64,000 bases of DNA, from the NCBI GenBank assembly GCA_004557035.1, contig SFFB01000019.1:58734-122733 (forward strand), given 5' to 3'. The notes under the pieces are model-generated. The model was not told the DNA's origin and did no database searches. It was given only the letters and a program-made list of their open reading frames with translations. The number at the start of each line of letters is the position of its first letter. The stretch's first letter is position 1. A program made the position numbers and the translations under genes. Source of the DNA: Bacteroidales bacterium. Lineage in GTDB: Bacteria; Bacteroidota; Bacteroidia; Bacteroidales; Bacteroidaceae. Shown piece after piece: positions 1-10,260 of this stretch.

Positions 1-237
1 AAGCGCCACCTCTATGCCCTGCCTGCCGAAGGCGGCGAACTTGAGCCGTTGGGCACCGAACATTTCAACATGGGCATAGACTACAATCTCGACGGCCGGC
101 TCTCTGTCACGCGCAGTTGGCAGCGTTTTTTTGTCAGCCTCTACGGCCAGCTCCACCATTTTTATTACCGCCACCGCCGCACTTCCGGCCAGACCTTCGA
201 CTGGCAGGCCAATCTCTCGTTGGGTTTGAGGTTTTGA
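1..237 (+). CDS. 3' end of a truncated gene, probably an outer-membrane beta-barrel protein
   Basis: Frame is open from the window edge to TGA at 237. The C-terminus ...ANLSLGLRF has an alternating pattern and terminal Phe typical of a beta-signal. Confidence 0.55.
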   Translation, partial: KRHLYALPAEGGELEPLGTEHFNMGIDYNLDGRLSVTRSWQRFFVSLYGQLHHFYYRHRRTSGQTFDWQANLSLGLRF

Positions 238-341
238 TGAAATCCACCTCACGCCCCGCTATGCCTTGTCTATCTTAAAGCCGAGTTTCAAGATGAGTTT
301 GATGGTCTCTTCGGCCGTATGGCGGTCATAGAGTTTTTCGT

Positions 342-485
342 CGACGACTGCGCGTAAATGCAAAGTTCAAAAGTTCAAAAGTTCAAAAGTTCAAAAGTTC
401 AAAAATCTAAGAGACTAAGAGTCTAAGAGACTAAAAGTCTAAGAGAGTTTGAGCGGCCAAGCCACTCTTTGTCTCTATGTCTCTC
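342..485. repeat. Octamer tandem arrays (AAAGTTCA x5, then AGACTAAG/AGTCTAAG) around TTTGAGCGGCCAAGCCAC
   Basis: Read directly. The 28-bp stretch 342-369 is identical to 28111-28138. Confidence 0.9.
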
Positions 486-611
486 GCCCGCAAGACCTGT
501 TAAGAAGTTAAAAAAAACGGCGGGCTCGTTTGGACTTTTCAAGGATTAAACCTTATTTTGCACAGACTATTTCCTTGTTCAACAAAACCATACATTTTAA
601 TATCCAAGACT

Positions 612-3600
612 ATGACCAACAAACTACTTTTTGCTTTGACGCTCTGCCTCGGACTGTTCACGGCCACAAGGGCGCAAAACCTGCCGGAGTTTACCAACGG
701 GGACGAACCGGTGTGGTTTTTGATTGAATTTATGGGTGGAGGGGCCGTCGTGGAAGCGCAAAACGACGGTGAAGAAGTGAAAACGGCCAGCCTCACGGCC
801 TCGGACGACCAGTTCTGGAAGTTTGTGGGCGACAACACGGCGGGTTTCCAACTGGTGAGCCGAAGCGGCAAAACGCTCTACGCCACCACCGCGGCCAAAA
901 ACGGTATGCTCCACGCTGCCGCCACGCCCGCAAACGGTAACACGACTTTCGTTGTCCAAACCACCACCAACACGACCTATGCCGACGGCTTGGTGCTTTC
1001 GCCAAAGGCCAACACGGCTGTCTATATGAACCAATGGGGAGGTGCCGGCGCCGGCAAGTCGCTGGGGCTCTGGGACAACCGCTCAGACGAGAACCAACCC
1101 TTCCGACTGGTGAGCGAAGAAGACTATCTGGCCTCGCTGCCGAAGGTGAGTCTCATCCCCTATCCGCAGTCGCTCACCATGGGTGAGGGCTTCGTGACCG
1201 TGGCCTCACTGACGGGCATTGGCTGCGACGACGCTGCGGCTATGCCCTATGCCGAAGAGTTTGCCGGCCGACTCAAAGCCACCGGCGGCATCAACCTGAC
1301 CGTGGGGAGCCAAAGCGTGACGGGCGGCATCAACCTGACCACCGACGCCAACCTTGACCACGAGGCTTACACGCTCCACATTACAGACGGCGGCGTCAAC
1401 ATCACGGCAGCCGACTCTACGGGCTTCTTCTATGCCTTGCAGACGCTCAAACAACTGCTGCCCGACGCCATCTACGGCGCGGCCCTCACCGACGGTTCGG
1501 ACTGGAAGCTGCCGCTGCTCGACATCGCAGATCATCCGCAGTGGGGTCACCGTGGCTTTATGCTCGACGTGGCCCGCCACTTCTTCTCCAAAACAGAGGT
1601 GAAACGCGTGCTCGACGTGATGGCCACCTACAAACTCAACCGCCTGCACTGGCACCTCACCGACGACCAGGGCTGGCGTGTGGAGATACCCGAATATCCA
1701 CGCCTCACGGAGGTGGGCAGCATCCGACAAGGTTCGTTTGTGAACGCCGGCGGCGACTCGAAGTTTTTTGACGACACGGAATATGGCCGCGGCAAATGGT
1801 ACTCGCTCGACGACCTGCGCGAGATTGTGGCCTACGCCAAAAGCCGTAACATCGAGATTATTCCAGAAATAGACCTGCCGGGCCACATGGTGGCTGCCGT
1901 GGCGGCCTACCCCAACCTGTCGTGCGACTCGACAAAGACCTACAGCGTACGCATTGACGGTGGCATCTCGCAAGACGTGCTCAACGTGGGCCGCGACGAG
2001 GTGATTGACTTCCTCAAATGCGTGTTGGGCCACATCGCCGAGGTCTTCCCCTATCCCTACATCCACATCGGTGGCGACGAATGTCCCACGACACAATGGG
2101 CCGCCAACGCCGACTGCCTCAAACGCGTGACCGACGAGGGGCTGAGCGGCGTGGAAGAATTGCAACCTTGGCTCGTGGAACAATTGGGCACTTGGCTCAA
2201 AGACACCTACGGCAAAGACATCGTGGTGTGGGACGAACTGCTCACCCACTGGACTTCTTCCAACACGGTGAAGCCCGTCATCATGGCTTGGAACAACATC
2301 ACCAAGAGTGCCGACGCCGCCGACAAGGGGTTCAAGAGCATCGTGGTGCCTTATCAGAGTCTCTATCTTGATTTCTACCAGGTGCCGGCCTCACAGCGCC
2401 TCATCGACGAACCCTATCAAGGCGGCTGGGGCGACAACTTCGTCAACAGCATCGAAGACGTCTATGCGCTCAATCCCGTGGGCTCGCTCTCGGGCCGCGA
2501 AGACTTCTGTCTGGGTGTGCAGGGCAACCTCTGGACGGAGACCTGCAACGACAGCATCGAACTGGAATATCAGCTGCTGCCGCGTATGTTGGCGCTGAGC
2601 GAAACAGGCTGGCTGCCGGCTTCGGCCAAGAATTGGCACAGTTTCCACTACCGTCTGCAGAGCCACGACGAAATTCTCGACCAAATGGGCTACACCTATG
2701 CCCGCCACTATATCATCGACACACCGCAGACCGAGGTGGAGAAGACTCTGACCGAGGCCCAAAACATTGCCGCGGCTCTGAAACCGGGACAGGCCGGATA
2801 TCCCACGACCGAAGTGACCTCTACGCTGACACAAGCCATAGAAGCCCTCAAAGCCGACCCGACCGACGTCGCGCTGCTCACGGCACTGCAAGAAGCCATC
2901 ACAGCCGTCAAAACTGCTCCAGTGGTGACACCCACACCGGGCAAGACCTATAAGATTGTGTCGGCAGCCACTTACTATCGCGAACAATATGAAGGTTCTA
3001 CGCTCTATGCCGACGGCACAGGGGTGCGCTTCCACTACACACCCCAGACCGAGCCGGAAGAACTCTGGACCATCGAGGTCGACGGCAGCGGATACAAACT
3101 CAAAAACATTCAGACGGGCCTGCGACTCACCCTCCCCACGCTGAACGAGGCTGCCACACTCACGACCGAAGGCTCACAGCTGACCATGGCCACGCCGACA
3201 AGCCTCAACACGACAGCTACCTACATTCCCGGCACAGTAGTATGGTCGGTGGCAGGCGACGCCACGGCAGGCAGTGTGCGGCGACTCTATGCTTACTGCA
3301 CCGGCAAGGCCATGGCCAAAGACAACGCCACGCCCCACTATCCCGGCACTTGGCGCCTTGAAGAGGTGAACGACTACGCCGCCTGGTTGCAAGGACTCGT
3401 GGCCAAGGCCGACCACATCATCCTCACTGCCCGTCCGGGACAAATGAATGAGCCCACCGAAGAGGCATTGGCTTATCTCACCGCCGAAGTCATCACACCG
3501 GCCACCGACAGTCTGGCACAGGGCACAGTGACCGAGGCCACCTACCTGCACTTCGTGGAACGCTACAACAACTTTCTCGCCATGCCGCGCACCTCACCGG

Positions 3601-4157
3601 CCGATGCCCTGAGCGAGGACGTTTATTATCGCATTGCCAACGCCTATTTCACCACACAATATGCCAAGGCCAACACGTCGACGGGCACGGTGGTGCCTGC
3701 CACACTGGGTGCCGACGACGAGACCTATCTCTGGCAAATAAAGAAAAACGCCGACGGCTCCATCTGTCTTTACAACGTGGCCACACGCACGGCCGCACGC
3801 GTCAGTGCGTCGACAGCCGACACCCAAGTGAAACTGGGCGAACCCACAGCTTGGACGCTCAGCCAAAGCACCACCGACGAAGGACAAACGGGCTTGAACA
3901 TCCTCGCCTCGGGCGGCGAAACAAGCTGGTATGTCAACCCCAATGCCTGGAACTACGTGTTGCTGAAACCCAAAACGTGGGGCGCAGCGATATGGACGTT
4001 TGAAAAGACCTCTATCGTCTCCGGCATGGGCGACAACCTGACGGCCGCCATCCCCACATCAGCCGTGACCTACTATGACCTGCAGGGACGTCGCCTCACC
4101 CAGCCCACCCGGGGCGTCTGCATCTCGTCTGACGGCCACAAGACGGTGAGACCGTGA
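612..4157 (+). CDS. GH20 beta-N-acetylhexosaminidase with accessory domains and a T9SS C-terminal domain
   Basis: GH20 motifs RGFMLDVARHF, HWHLTDDQGWR, PEIDLPGH and catalytic HIGGDE. Signal peptide from ATG 612. C-terminus YYDLQGRR..RGVCI is CTD-like. Confidence 0.92.
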   Translation: MTNKLLFALTLCLGLFTATRAQNLPEFTNGDEPVWFLIEFMGGGAVVEAQNDGEEVKTASLTASDDQFWKFVGDNTAGFQLVSRSGKTLYATTAAKNGMLHAAATPANGNTTFVVQTTTNTTYADGLVLSPKANTAVYMNQWGGAGAGKSLGLWDNRSDENQPFRLVSEEDYLASLPKVSLIPYPQSLTMGEGFVTVASLTGIGCDDAAAMPYAEEFAGRLKATGGINLTVGSQSVTGGINLTTDANLDHEAYTLHITDGGVNITAADSTGFFYALQTLKQLLPDAIYGAALTDGSDWKLPLLDIADHPQWGHRGFMLDVARHFFSKTEVKRVLDVMATYKLNRLHWHLTDDQGWRVEIPEYPRLTEVGSIRQGSFVNAGGDSKFFDDTEYGRGKWYSLDDLREIVAYAKSRNIEIIPEIDLPGHMVAAVAAYPNLSCDSTKTYSVRIDGGISQDVLNVGRDEVIDFLKCVLGHIAEVFPYPYIHIGGDECPTTQWAANADCLKRVTDEGLSGVEELQPWLVEQLGTWLKDTYGKDIVVWDELLTHWTSSNTVKPVIMAWNNITKSADAADKGFKSIVVPYQSLYLDFYQVPASQRLIDEPYQGGWGDNFVNSIEDVYALNPVGSLSGREDFCLGVQGNLWTETCNDSIELEYQLLPRMLALSETGWLPASAKNWHSFHYRLQSHDEILDQMGYTYARHYIIDTPQTEVEKTLTEAQNIAAALKPGQAGYPTTEVTSTLTQAIEALKADPTDVALLTALQEAITAVKTAPVVTPTPGKTYKIVSAATYYREQYEGSTLYADGTGVRFHYTPQTEPEELWTIEVDGSGYKLKNIQTGLRLTLPTLNEAATLTTEGSQLTMATPTSLNTTATYIPGTVVWSVAGDATAGSVRRLYAYCTGKAMAKDNATPHYPGTWRLEEVNDYAAWLQGLVAKADHIILTARPGQMNEPTEEALAYLTAEVITPATDSLAQGTVTEATYLHFVERYNNFLAMPRTSPADALSEDVYYRIANAYFTTQYAKANTSTGTVVPATLGADDETYLWQIKKNADGSICLYNVATRTAARVSASTADTQVKLGEPTAWTLSQSTTDEGQTGLNILASGGETSWYVNPNAWNYVLLKPKTWGAAIWTFEKTSIVSGMGDNLTAAIPTSAVTYYDLQGRRLTQPTRGVCISSDGHKTVRP

Positions 4158-4169
4158 AATAGAGAATAA

Positions 4170-4280
4170 GAGTCAAAAAGACTAAGAGTCTAAGAGACTA
4201 AGAGTTTTAGCGGCCAAGCCACTCTTTGTCTCTTTGACTCTTTGACTCTTTGTCTCTTAGACTTTTAGACTCTTCGTCTC
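4170..4280. repeat. Converging octamer arrays around TTTTAGCGGCCAAGCCAC (minimal repeat unit)
   Basis: AGACTAAG/AGTCTAAG arrays, then the motif, then TCTTTGTC/TCTTTGAC arrays. Confidence 0.85.
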
Positions 4281-4296
4281 ACAAAATAACTCCACT

Positions 4297-5157
4297 ATGA
4301 AACAACGTCTGCCTGCTCTGATTGTATTTGCCGTGTTGCTTGGAGCGGCCGTGGGCAGTGGCTATCACAGCTACAACGTTTGCCGCGACGAAATGGCCGC
4401 CGACCTCTCGCAGGCTTTGGCCAAATGTCTGGACCAAGACGCCGACCGACTGTTACCTGCCGACACCATACGGGCTTATGCCCAAGCCAAAGCCACCACC
4501 GAAGGGCCCATGATGATGGCGATTGGCAGCCGACGGCTCACCCGACATCTGCGCCACAAAAATCTGGCCGACGCCGCCTTCATCACCTTCGACACCGACG
4601 GCGATGCCAACATCTCACCGTCCATTCCCGAAGGGGCCATCGGAAGCGACACCCTCACTTGGTATGACGACAGAAACCAAACGCGCGTGGCCCTGCGCAG
4701 TTACGCCTCGGTGTCGGTGGCCGGCATCTTGGCTTCGGCCGACATGAGCGGTTCGCTCGGGCTGTTTGTCGTGGCCCTGCTTTGGGGCAGTGTGATGTGG
4801 CTCTATCCAGCACGACGCAGCCGACTCAGTGGGATGGCAACCATCACGACCTCAGACCGTCCGACGCTGAACTATGACCCACAGACCGACACATTTTTGG
4901 GACGCGGCGGAGAGAACATTCACTTCACTCCCATGCAACACCGGCTGATGAAGATGTTTCTCGCCGCTCCGCGCCATCAGCTCTCACACCAAACCATCTG
5001 CCAAACCCTCTGGCCCAAGAAAGACCAACCCGCCGACACGCTCTATGCCCTCATCAAGCGCCTCAAACCCATACTCGAAGAGCAGATGAACGTGAAAATA
5101 GAATGTCAACGCGGACGATACTATCGGCTCACCGCCGACGAGACTTCTCATCCATAA
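4297..5157 (+). CDS. Membrane-anchored transcriptional regulator with C-terminal OmpR-type winged helix
   Basis: Two hydrophobic segments. C-terminus FTPMQHRLMKMFL..ICQTLWPK..TLYALIKRLK..RGRYYRL fits Trans_reg_C. Confidence 0.8.
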   Translation: MKQRLPALIVFAVLLGAAVGSGYHSYNVCRDEMAADLSQALAKCLDQDADRLLPADTIRAYAQAKATTEGPMMMAIGSRRLTRHLRHKNLADAAFITFDTDGDANISPSIPEGAIGSDTLTWYDDRNQTRVALRSYASVSVAGILASADMSGSLGLFVVALLWGSVMWLYPARRSRLSGMATITTSDRPTLNYDPQTDTFLGRGGENIHFTPMQHRLMKMFLAAPRHQLSHQTICQTLWPKKDQPADTLYALIKRLKPILEEQMNVKIECQRGRYYRLTADETSHP

Positions 5158-5173
5158 ATTCACGCAGAAATCA

Positions 5174-5234
5174 AAATGTCAGACAAATGTCTGCCACTTA
5201 TAAAGGCTGTCCGAGAGGGCGGCCTTTAATTTTG
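5174..5234 (+). promoter_or_regulatory. Direct repeat AAATGTC with 11-bp spacing (putative wHTH operator) plus -7 box TAATTTTG
   Basis: AAATGTC at 5174 and 5185. Bacteroidetes TAnnTTTG box at 5227-5234. Confidence 0.6.
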
Positions 5235-5263
5235 CCGTCAAAAATGACTAAGGCAATAATCGT

Positions 5264-7324
5264 ATGAAAATGACTCGTAAATTGATTTCTGTGCTCTGTC
5301 TGGCTACAGCCGCCTACACGGCCACAGCACAAAAAGCCGGCGACAAGACGCTGGGCGAGGCTGTTGTGGAGGCGAAACGATGGCAAACCGAAGGCGACGG
5401 CTATGTCTATCGCCCTTCGGCCAAAGAAAAAAGCCAGTCGGCCACCGTCTTCGACTTGATGGCACAAATCGCCCTGCCCGGCATCAGCATTGACCGACAA
5501 AACAAAACAGCCACCACGGCCGACGGCCGAGGCCGCGTGATGATACGCATAGACGGCGTGGAGGCCGACCGCCAAGACCTCTTGGCTCTTGACCCGGTGT
5601 GGCTGGCCAAACTCAAAATCTCGGACAAACCAGGCGTGAGGTATACAGACGACGTGAGATATGTGATAGACCTCACCACAAAGATTACCTCAGCCTGGAG
5701 TGCCGGCACCGACCAGACTGACGCCCTCACCGCGGCGCGCGGCAACCATACCGTCTATGGCCGCTGGCAAACACAGCGAAGGGGAGGATGGAAAAACACT
5801 TTTGCCGTAAACTACACGCTCGACTATGCCAACGACCACCGCACACGCACAGACGAAACCGCCCACTATCATCTGACTGATGGAGAAATAAAAACCATCC
5901 AACGCAACGACATTGACCGCCGAATGGAACAATGGGGCCACACGGCCGCTCTCAAATATACCCTGGCCGACTCCACACGCCACGTGTTTCAAGCCAAACT
6001 GTCGCTTCCCTTCAACCACACGCCCGTCAGTCGGACCCGTCGGCTGTGGACAGACGGCCTTCAGACCGACACCACCACTGCCGAGAGCCACAACCGCTCG
6101 GCGAGTCCGGCCATTAACCTCTTCTATAAAGCCAAGCCCGACAGCGCCCGGTCGCTCACGCTCGACGCCGTGGGCACACTCATCAACACCCGTTATTCCA
6201 GTTTTTCCGATGAAGGTTCGGCCTATGCCTACGACGTCCGCGGCCGCTCGATGTCGTTCATCGGCGAAGCCGTCTATGAGCACCGTCTGCGGCCTTTCAC
6301 ACTGACTGCCGGCGTGAACTACCTGCTCAAATACACCAGCAACCGCTATGAAGGACAGGTGGTTTCGACCACACCCATACACCACCAAAATCTCTACGTC
6401 TTCGCCGCCGTGGCCGGACAGACACTGGGTGTGGACTATAAGATTGGTATGGGGCTCACCCGACTGTCTTACCGACAAGTCACCCACCGCTACAACTTCC
6501 TGCTGCCGCGGCCACGGCTCGACCTCACCCTGCCGCTACCCCACGGCCTGAGTCTGAGCTACACGCTCGAGATGTCTGACCACGTGTCGCGCATAGCCAC
6601 GGTGAACGAAACGATGATCCGGCGCAACAGTATGGAGTGGGAACAAGGCAATCCAGACCTGCGGCCCAACCGGGTGTGGGAACAAAGCCTCAGGCTCTCC
6701 CTCAACCACCGCCGGCTCTTTGCCTTGGTCGAGGCTTACTACAAAAGCAACCGCCACCCCAACATGGCAGCCTACACACGCACGGCCGACGACCGTTTCA
6801 TCTACACCCAGCGCAACCAAGACAAAATAGACGCCGTCTTGTTCACCGCCTACGCCAGTTTGCGCCTCATCCCCGACTGCCTCAGCCTCAACCTGACGGG
6901 GCAACTCTTCAGATGTCTGAACTTTGGCGACGACTACACCCACCACCGCACCTACCCCATCGGTTCGGCCGAACTCACAGGGCGCTTCGGCCACGTCGAC
7001 CTGACGGCCGGAGCCTACAGCGGTTGGCGCTTCATTGAAGGCGAAAGCGAAGGGCTGTTCGGTAACAACTTCTCGCTGAGCAGCGGCTACACCGGAGACG
7101 GATGGCGTCTGTCACTCTCGCTGGCCAATCCCTTCGGCAGCCGGCATCTCGTGAACGAAACCAACCTCTACAGCCGCTACATACAGCGACACGTCACTAC
7201 CCACAACGAAGGCCGACAGCTCAACTTGGGCTTCACCTGGCGCATTGGCCGTGGCAAAACCGACGACCACATCGCCATCGGCGGCAGACTGAAAGACACC
7301 GACGGCGGCGTCGTGACGCAATGA
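5264..7324 (+). CDS. Outer-membrane beta-barrel / TonB-dependent receptor-like protein
   Basis: Signal peptide, LGEAVVEA, a plug-like region (IRIDGVEA..PGVRY), GNPDLRP and amphipathic strands. Confidence 0.75.
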   Translation: MKMTRKLISVLCLATAAYTATAQKAGDKTLGEAVVEAKRWQTEGDGYVYRPSAKEKSQSATVFDLMAQIALPGISIDRQNKTATTADGRGRVMIRIDGVEADRQDLLALDPVWLAKLKISDKPGVRYTDDVRYVIDLTTKITSAWSAGTDQTDALTAARGNHTVYGRWQTQRRGGWKNTFAVNYTLDYANDHRTRTDETAHYHLTDGEIKTIQRNDIDRRMEQWGHTAALKYTLADSTRHVFQAKLSLPFNHTPVSRTRRLWTDGLQTDTTTAESHNRSASPAINLFYKAKPDSARSLTLDAVGTLINTRYSSFSDEGSAYAYDVRGRSMSFIGEAVYEHRLRPFTLTAGVNYLLKYTSNRYEGQVVSTTPIHHQNLYVFAAVAGQTLGVDYKIGMGLTRLSYRQVTHRYNFLLPRPRLDLTLPLPHGLSLSYTLEMSDHVSRIATVNETMIRRNSMEWEQGNPDLRPNRVWEQSLRLSLNHRRLFALVEAYYKSNRHPNMAAYTRTADDRFIYTQRNQDKIDAVLFTAYASLRLIPDCLSLNLTGQLFRCLNFGDDYTHHRTYPIGSAELTGRFGHVDLTAGAYSGWRFIEGESEGLFGNNFSLSSGYTGDGWRLSLSLANPFGSRHLVNETNLYSRYIQRHVTTHNEGRQLNLGFTWRIGRGKTDDHIAIGGRLKDTDGGVVTQ

Positions 7325-7546
7325 AACCCTTGACGAGACTATTCAAAAAGCGGTGGGAACGTGACAATAAAACTTTATTTTTACTCTGAAAACAGTCGTG
7401 GACGACTTCAAAACTATCGGGAAATGCCCAAAAACCTTTTTGGGGCGATTCCACACAGGGAGAGTCACGACAGACATAAGGATAGATTTTACGGGAATAA
7501 GGCGCGTTTCGCCACGGCCTATCTCCGTAAACCTCTAAAAACAAGT

Positions 7547-7579
7547 GAAGAGGCCCGATTTTGGGTCTCTTCCTTTTTT
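7547..7579 (+). terminator. Putative intrinsic terminator
   Basis: GAAGAGGCCC-loop-GGGTCTCTTC stem followed by a T tract. Confidence 0.55.
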
Positions 7580-7770
7580 CTTACCTCAAAGATAACTCCT
7601 CGGCCACGACGGACAAAAGACAAAACCACACAACTTATTACCCTCCCAGGCGAAGGTTTCGTCGTGATATAGCAGCCTATTTGTCGCCAAAAATCTCCTG
7701 TTTTCTGTCAATCTGCACCATAAAAAGTGCTAAACAGAACAATAGTTTTCGCTTTTTGGTTTTTTAGACG

Positions 7771-7778
7771 TATTTTTG
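7771..7778 (+). promoter_or_regulatory. -7 promoter box TATTTTTG
   Basis: Matches TAnnTTTG about 70 bp upstream of ATG 7848. Confidence 0.55.
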
Positions 7779-7847
7779 CAGGCGGTTTGGTGTGCATTTT
7801 TCGCTCACCTCCACCGCTTTATAAATAACCACGACGCTTCAAACACA

Positions 7848-9200
7848 ATGACGAAACGCTTCAAAGCCGCCGCAGCCACGCTTATGGCCCTCTGCCTCCT
7901 TGCCACGGCGGCATGCTCCACCGACGACGACATCACCGTGGACATTTCGCAATACAACGACTGCATCGTCTCGAAAATAACCATGGGGACGCTGTTCAGA
8001 AACGTGGTCTCAGCCGATACCACCTATCGCGTGGGCGTCACCGGCTCACTCTATCCCCTGAGCATCGACCACCGCCAAGGCCTCATCTGCAACACCGACT
8101 CGCTGCCCGTGGGCACCGACGTGACCAAAGTGGCCTTCAGCGAACTCTCCACCTCGGGCTATGTGGCCATACGCTCTCTCTCGACGGGCAACGACACGGC
8201 TTTCGTCTCGACCGACTCGACCGACTGCTCCACCGAGCGACTCATCACGGTGACGGCCTACGACGAGGTGTCGAAACGCACCTACCGCCTGCACATCAAC
8301 GTGCACCAGGAAGAGGGTGACTCCATGACGTGGCAGACACGGGCCGACGGCAACGCCGACATCGCCGCCTTCAACGGACGGGTGAAGGCCGTGGGCACAC
8401 AATGGGGCGTGGCGCTCTATGGACACAAAAACGGCACGGCAAAAGTCTTGACCACAACCGACGGCGGCAAGAACTGGGCAGAAGCCAGTCTGCCGGAAGG
8501 TTTTGACACAGAAGGTATTTGCCGGCAAAAAGATACCGGCACGTGGTGGGCCACGGCCGGGGAAAGCTTGATGACATCGGCCAACGGACAAGATTGGACC
8601 CGCGTGGAAGGTTCGGCAGCACCGCAAAAACTGCTCTGTGCCAACCGACACGGACTCACAGCCTTCAAAGACGGCTCGCCGGCAACGACGACCGACGGCG
8701 GACTCACATGGACCGCCGACCCCATAGCCGACAACACACCGCTGCCCACAGACGAACTGCAAGCCGTGGCTTGGACTCACCCCACTGACGCCAAACTCGT
8801 GGAACTGATGTTGACCGGACGTGATGCCGACGGACAAATGGCCGTGTGGCGACGCACGGTGGACCTCACGGGAGTGAACGTAATGGGGTGGTACAAACTG
8901 CCTGTCGAGGCGGCTTTTGCCTTGCCTACACTCTCGGCCACTGCGCTCGACGTCTACGACGGACACATCATCATAACGGGACAGACGACCGACGGCGCTC
9001 CGGCGCCCATCTATATGAGCCAAGACCAGGGACGCACCTGGAAACTGCAAGGGTTGAAGCAACCGGGCACTGACCAAGCCTCGGGAGGCCCCAGAGCTAT
9101 GGCTGTGGACGACGGCCATCATATCTGGCTGATTGACCCCATGGCCGGCACGACCATTTCGGCACGACACAACCGGCTGGGATGGGCCGACAACAGATAA
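7848..9200 (+). CDS. Lipoprotein, DUF6242-like, with BNR/Asp-box repeats
   Basis: Lipobox LATAAC. Asp-boxes TTDGGKNW, SANGQDW, TTDGGLTW, SQDQGRTW. Typical position upstream of porG-uppS-bamA. Confidence 0.75.
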   Translation: MTKRFKAAAATLMALCLLATAACSTDDDITVDISQYNDCIVSKITMGTLFRNVVSADTTYRVGVTGSLYPLSIDHRQGLICNTDSLPVGTDVTKVAFSELSTSGYVAIRSLSTGNDTAFVSTDSTDCSTERLITVTAYDEVSKRTYRLHINVHQEEGDSMTWQTRADGNADIAAFNGRVKAVGTQWGVALYGHKNGTAKVLTTTDGGKNWAEASLPEGFDTEGICRQKDTGTWWATAGESLMTSANGQDWTRVEGSAAPQKLLCANRHGLTAFKDGSPATTTDGGLTWTADPIADNTPLPTDELQAVAWTHPTDAKLVELMLTGRDADGQMAVWRRTVDLTGVNVMGWYKLPVEAAFALPTLSATALDVYDGHIIITGQTTDGAPAPIYMSQDQGRTWKLQGLKQPGTDQASGGPRAMAVDDGHHIWLIDPMAGTTISARHNRLGWADNR

Positions 9201-9239
9201 ATAAGACAAAGAGACTAACAGGCAAAAAGACGAAAAAGC

Positions 9240-9493
9240 GTTGAGCGGCCCAGCAAGCCCTGTAAGGGCGTTACAAAATTAGCCCGGGTCGTCAGGCCCG
9301 GGTAACGGAAACTCCTCTAAATTCCGGCCTGTAAGGTCGGCACAATTCGGGACCATTATGCATATTAAATCAATAACTCACCGCTTGGGTGTGCCGACCT
9401 TACAGGCCGGAAAATGGGAGTCCATATTAAACCCAGGCCTAACGACCTGGGCTGATATGTAACGCCCTTACAGGGCTTGCTAGACCGCTCAAA
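9240..9493. repeat. REP-like large palindrome, type B
   Basis: Arms GCCCTGTAAGGGC, AGCCCGGGTCGTCAGGCCCGGG and TTCCGGCCTGTAAGGTCGGCAC are mirrored around an AT-rich centre and bounded by GAGCGG motifs. Confidence 0.9.
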
Positions 9494-9527
9494 CATTTAG
9501 TCTTTTAGTCTAACAAAAATATACCAC

Positions 9528-10235
9528 GTGGACATCAAACGCCATATAAAGCGACTCGTTGCCTTTGTCTTTGCCTTGACGGCGTGGACAACGGCCGTGG
9601 GCCAAGACGAAGTGACCTACCGAATGGAGGTGGGTGGCGGCTTGGGTGCCGGCAGTCTGCTTTGCGACATAAACCACAAGGTGACGACAGGGCTGAGCGT
9701 GACAGGCAGCGGTTTCGTGCGTTTTGTCATCAATCCCTATATGGCGGTGAAGACTTCACTTGGGCACACCCGGGTGAAGGGCAACACCGACGGCGAAGTG
9801 AATTTTTATCCGTCGGCAGGTGTTGGGGGGACTACGACCGAGCGGCTCAACTATAACTTCAGCGGCGGCGTGACGGACTTGACGGCTGTCTACGAACTCC
9901 ACTTTCTGCCCTACGGCTACACAGGTGGCTACCGCGGACTCAAACGCCTCACGCCCTATTTTGCCTTGGGCTTCGGACTGGCTTATGGCGACGTGGACAA
10001 GGCCGTGACGGTCAATCTCCCCATCGGCGTGGGCGTGAAATGGAAAATGGCCGAAAGGCTCAACCTCGGTTTGGAATGGACTATGCACCTCACGCCCTCA
10101 GACCGACTCGACGGACTCGAAGCACCACGCGGCATCAAGACAGACGGGTTCAGAAACAAAGACCACTTTGCCACCACACTCGTCACACTGAGCTATGACA
10201 TCTCGCCCAAATGCCCCAACTGCAACCGCGACTGA
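9528..10235 (+). CDS. porG: PorG/DUF6089-family outer-membrane beta-barrel
   Basis: Signal peptide, small-barrel pattern, C-terminal KCPNCNRD, and position immediately before uppS. Confidence 0.65.
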   Translation: MDIKRHIKRLVAFVFALTAWTTAVGQDEVTYRMEVGGGLGAGSLLCDINHKVTTGLSVTGSGFVRFVINPYMAVKTSLGHTRVKGNTDGEVNFYPSAGVGGTTTERLNYNFSGGVTDLTAVYELHFLPYGYTGGYRGLKRLTPYFALGFGLAYGDVDKAVTVNLPIGVGVKWKMAERLNLGLEWTMHLTPSDRLDGLEAPRGIKTDGFRNKDHFATTLVTLSYDISPKCPNCNRD

Positions 10236-10260
10236 CATCCCCCAACAAGACGTGCACACC

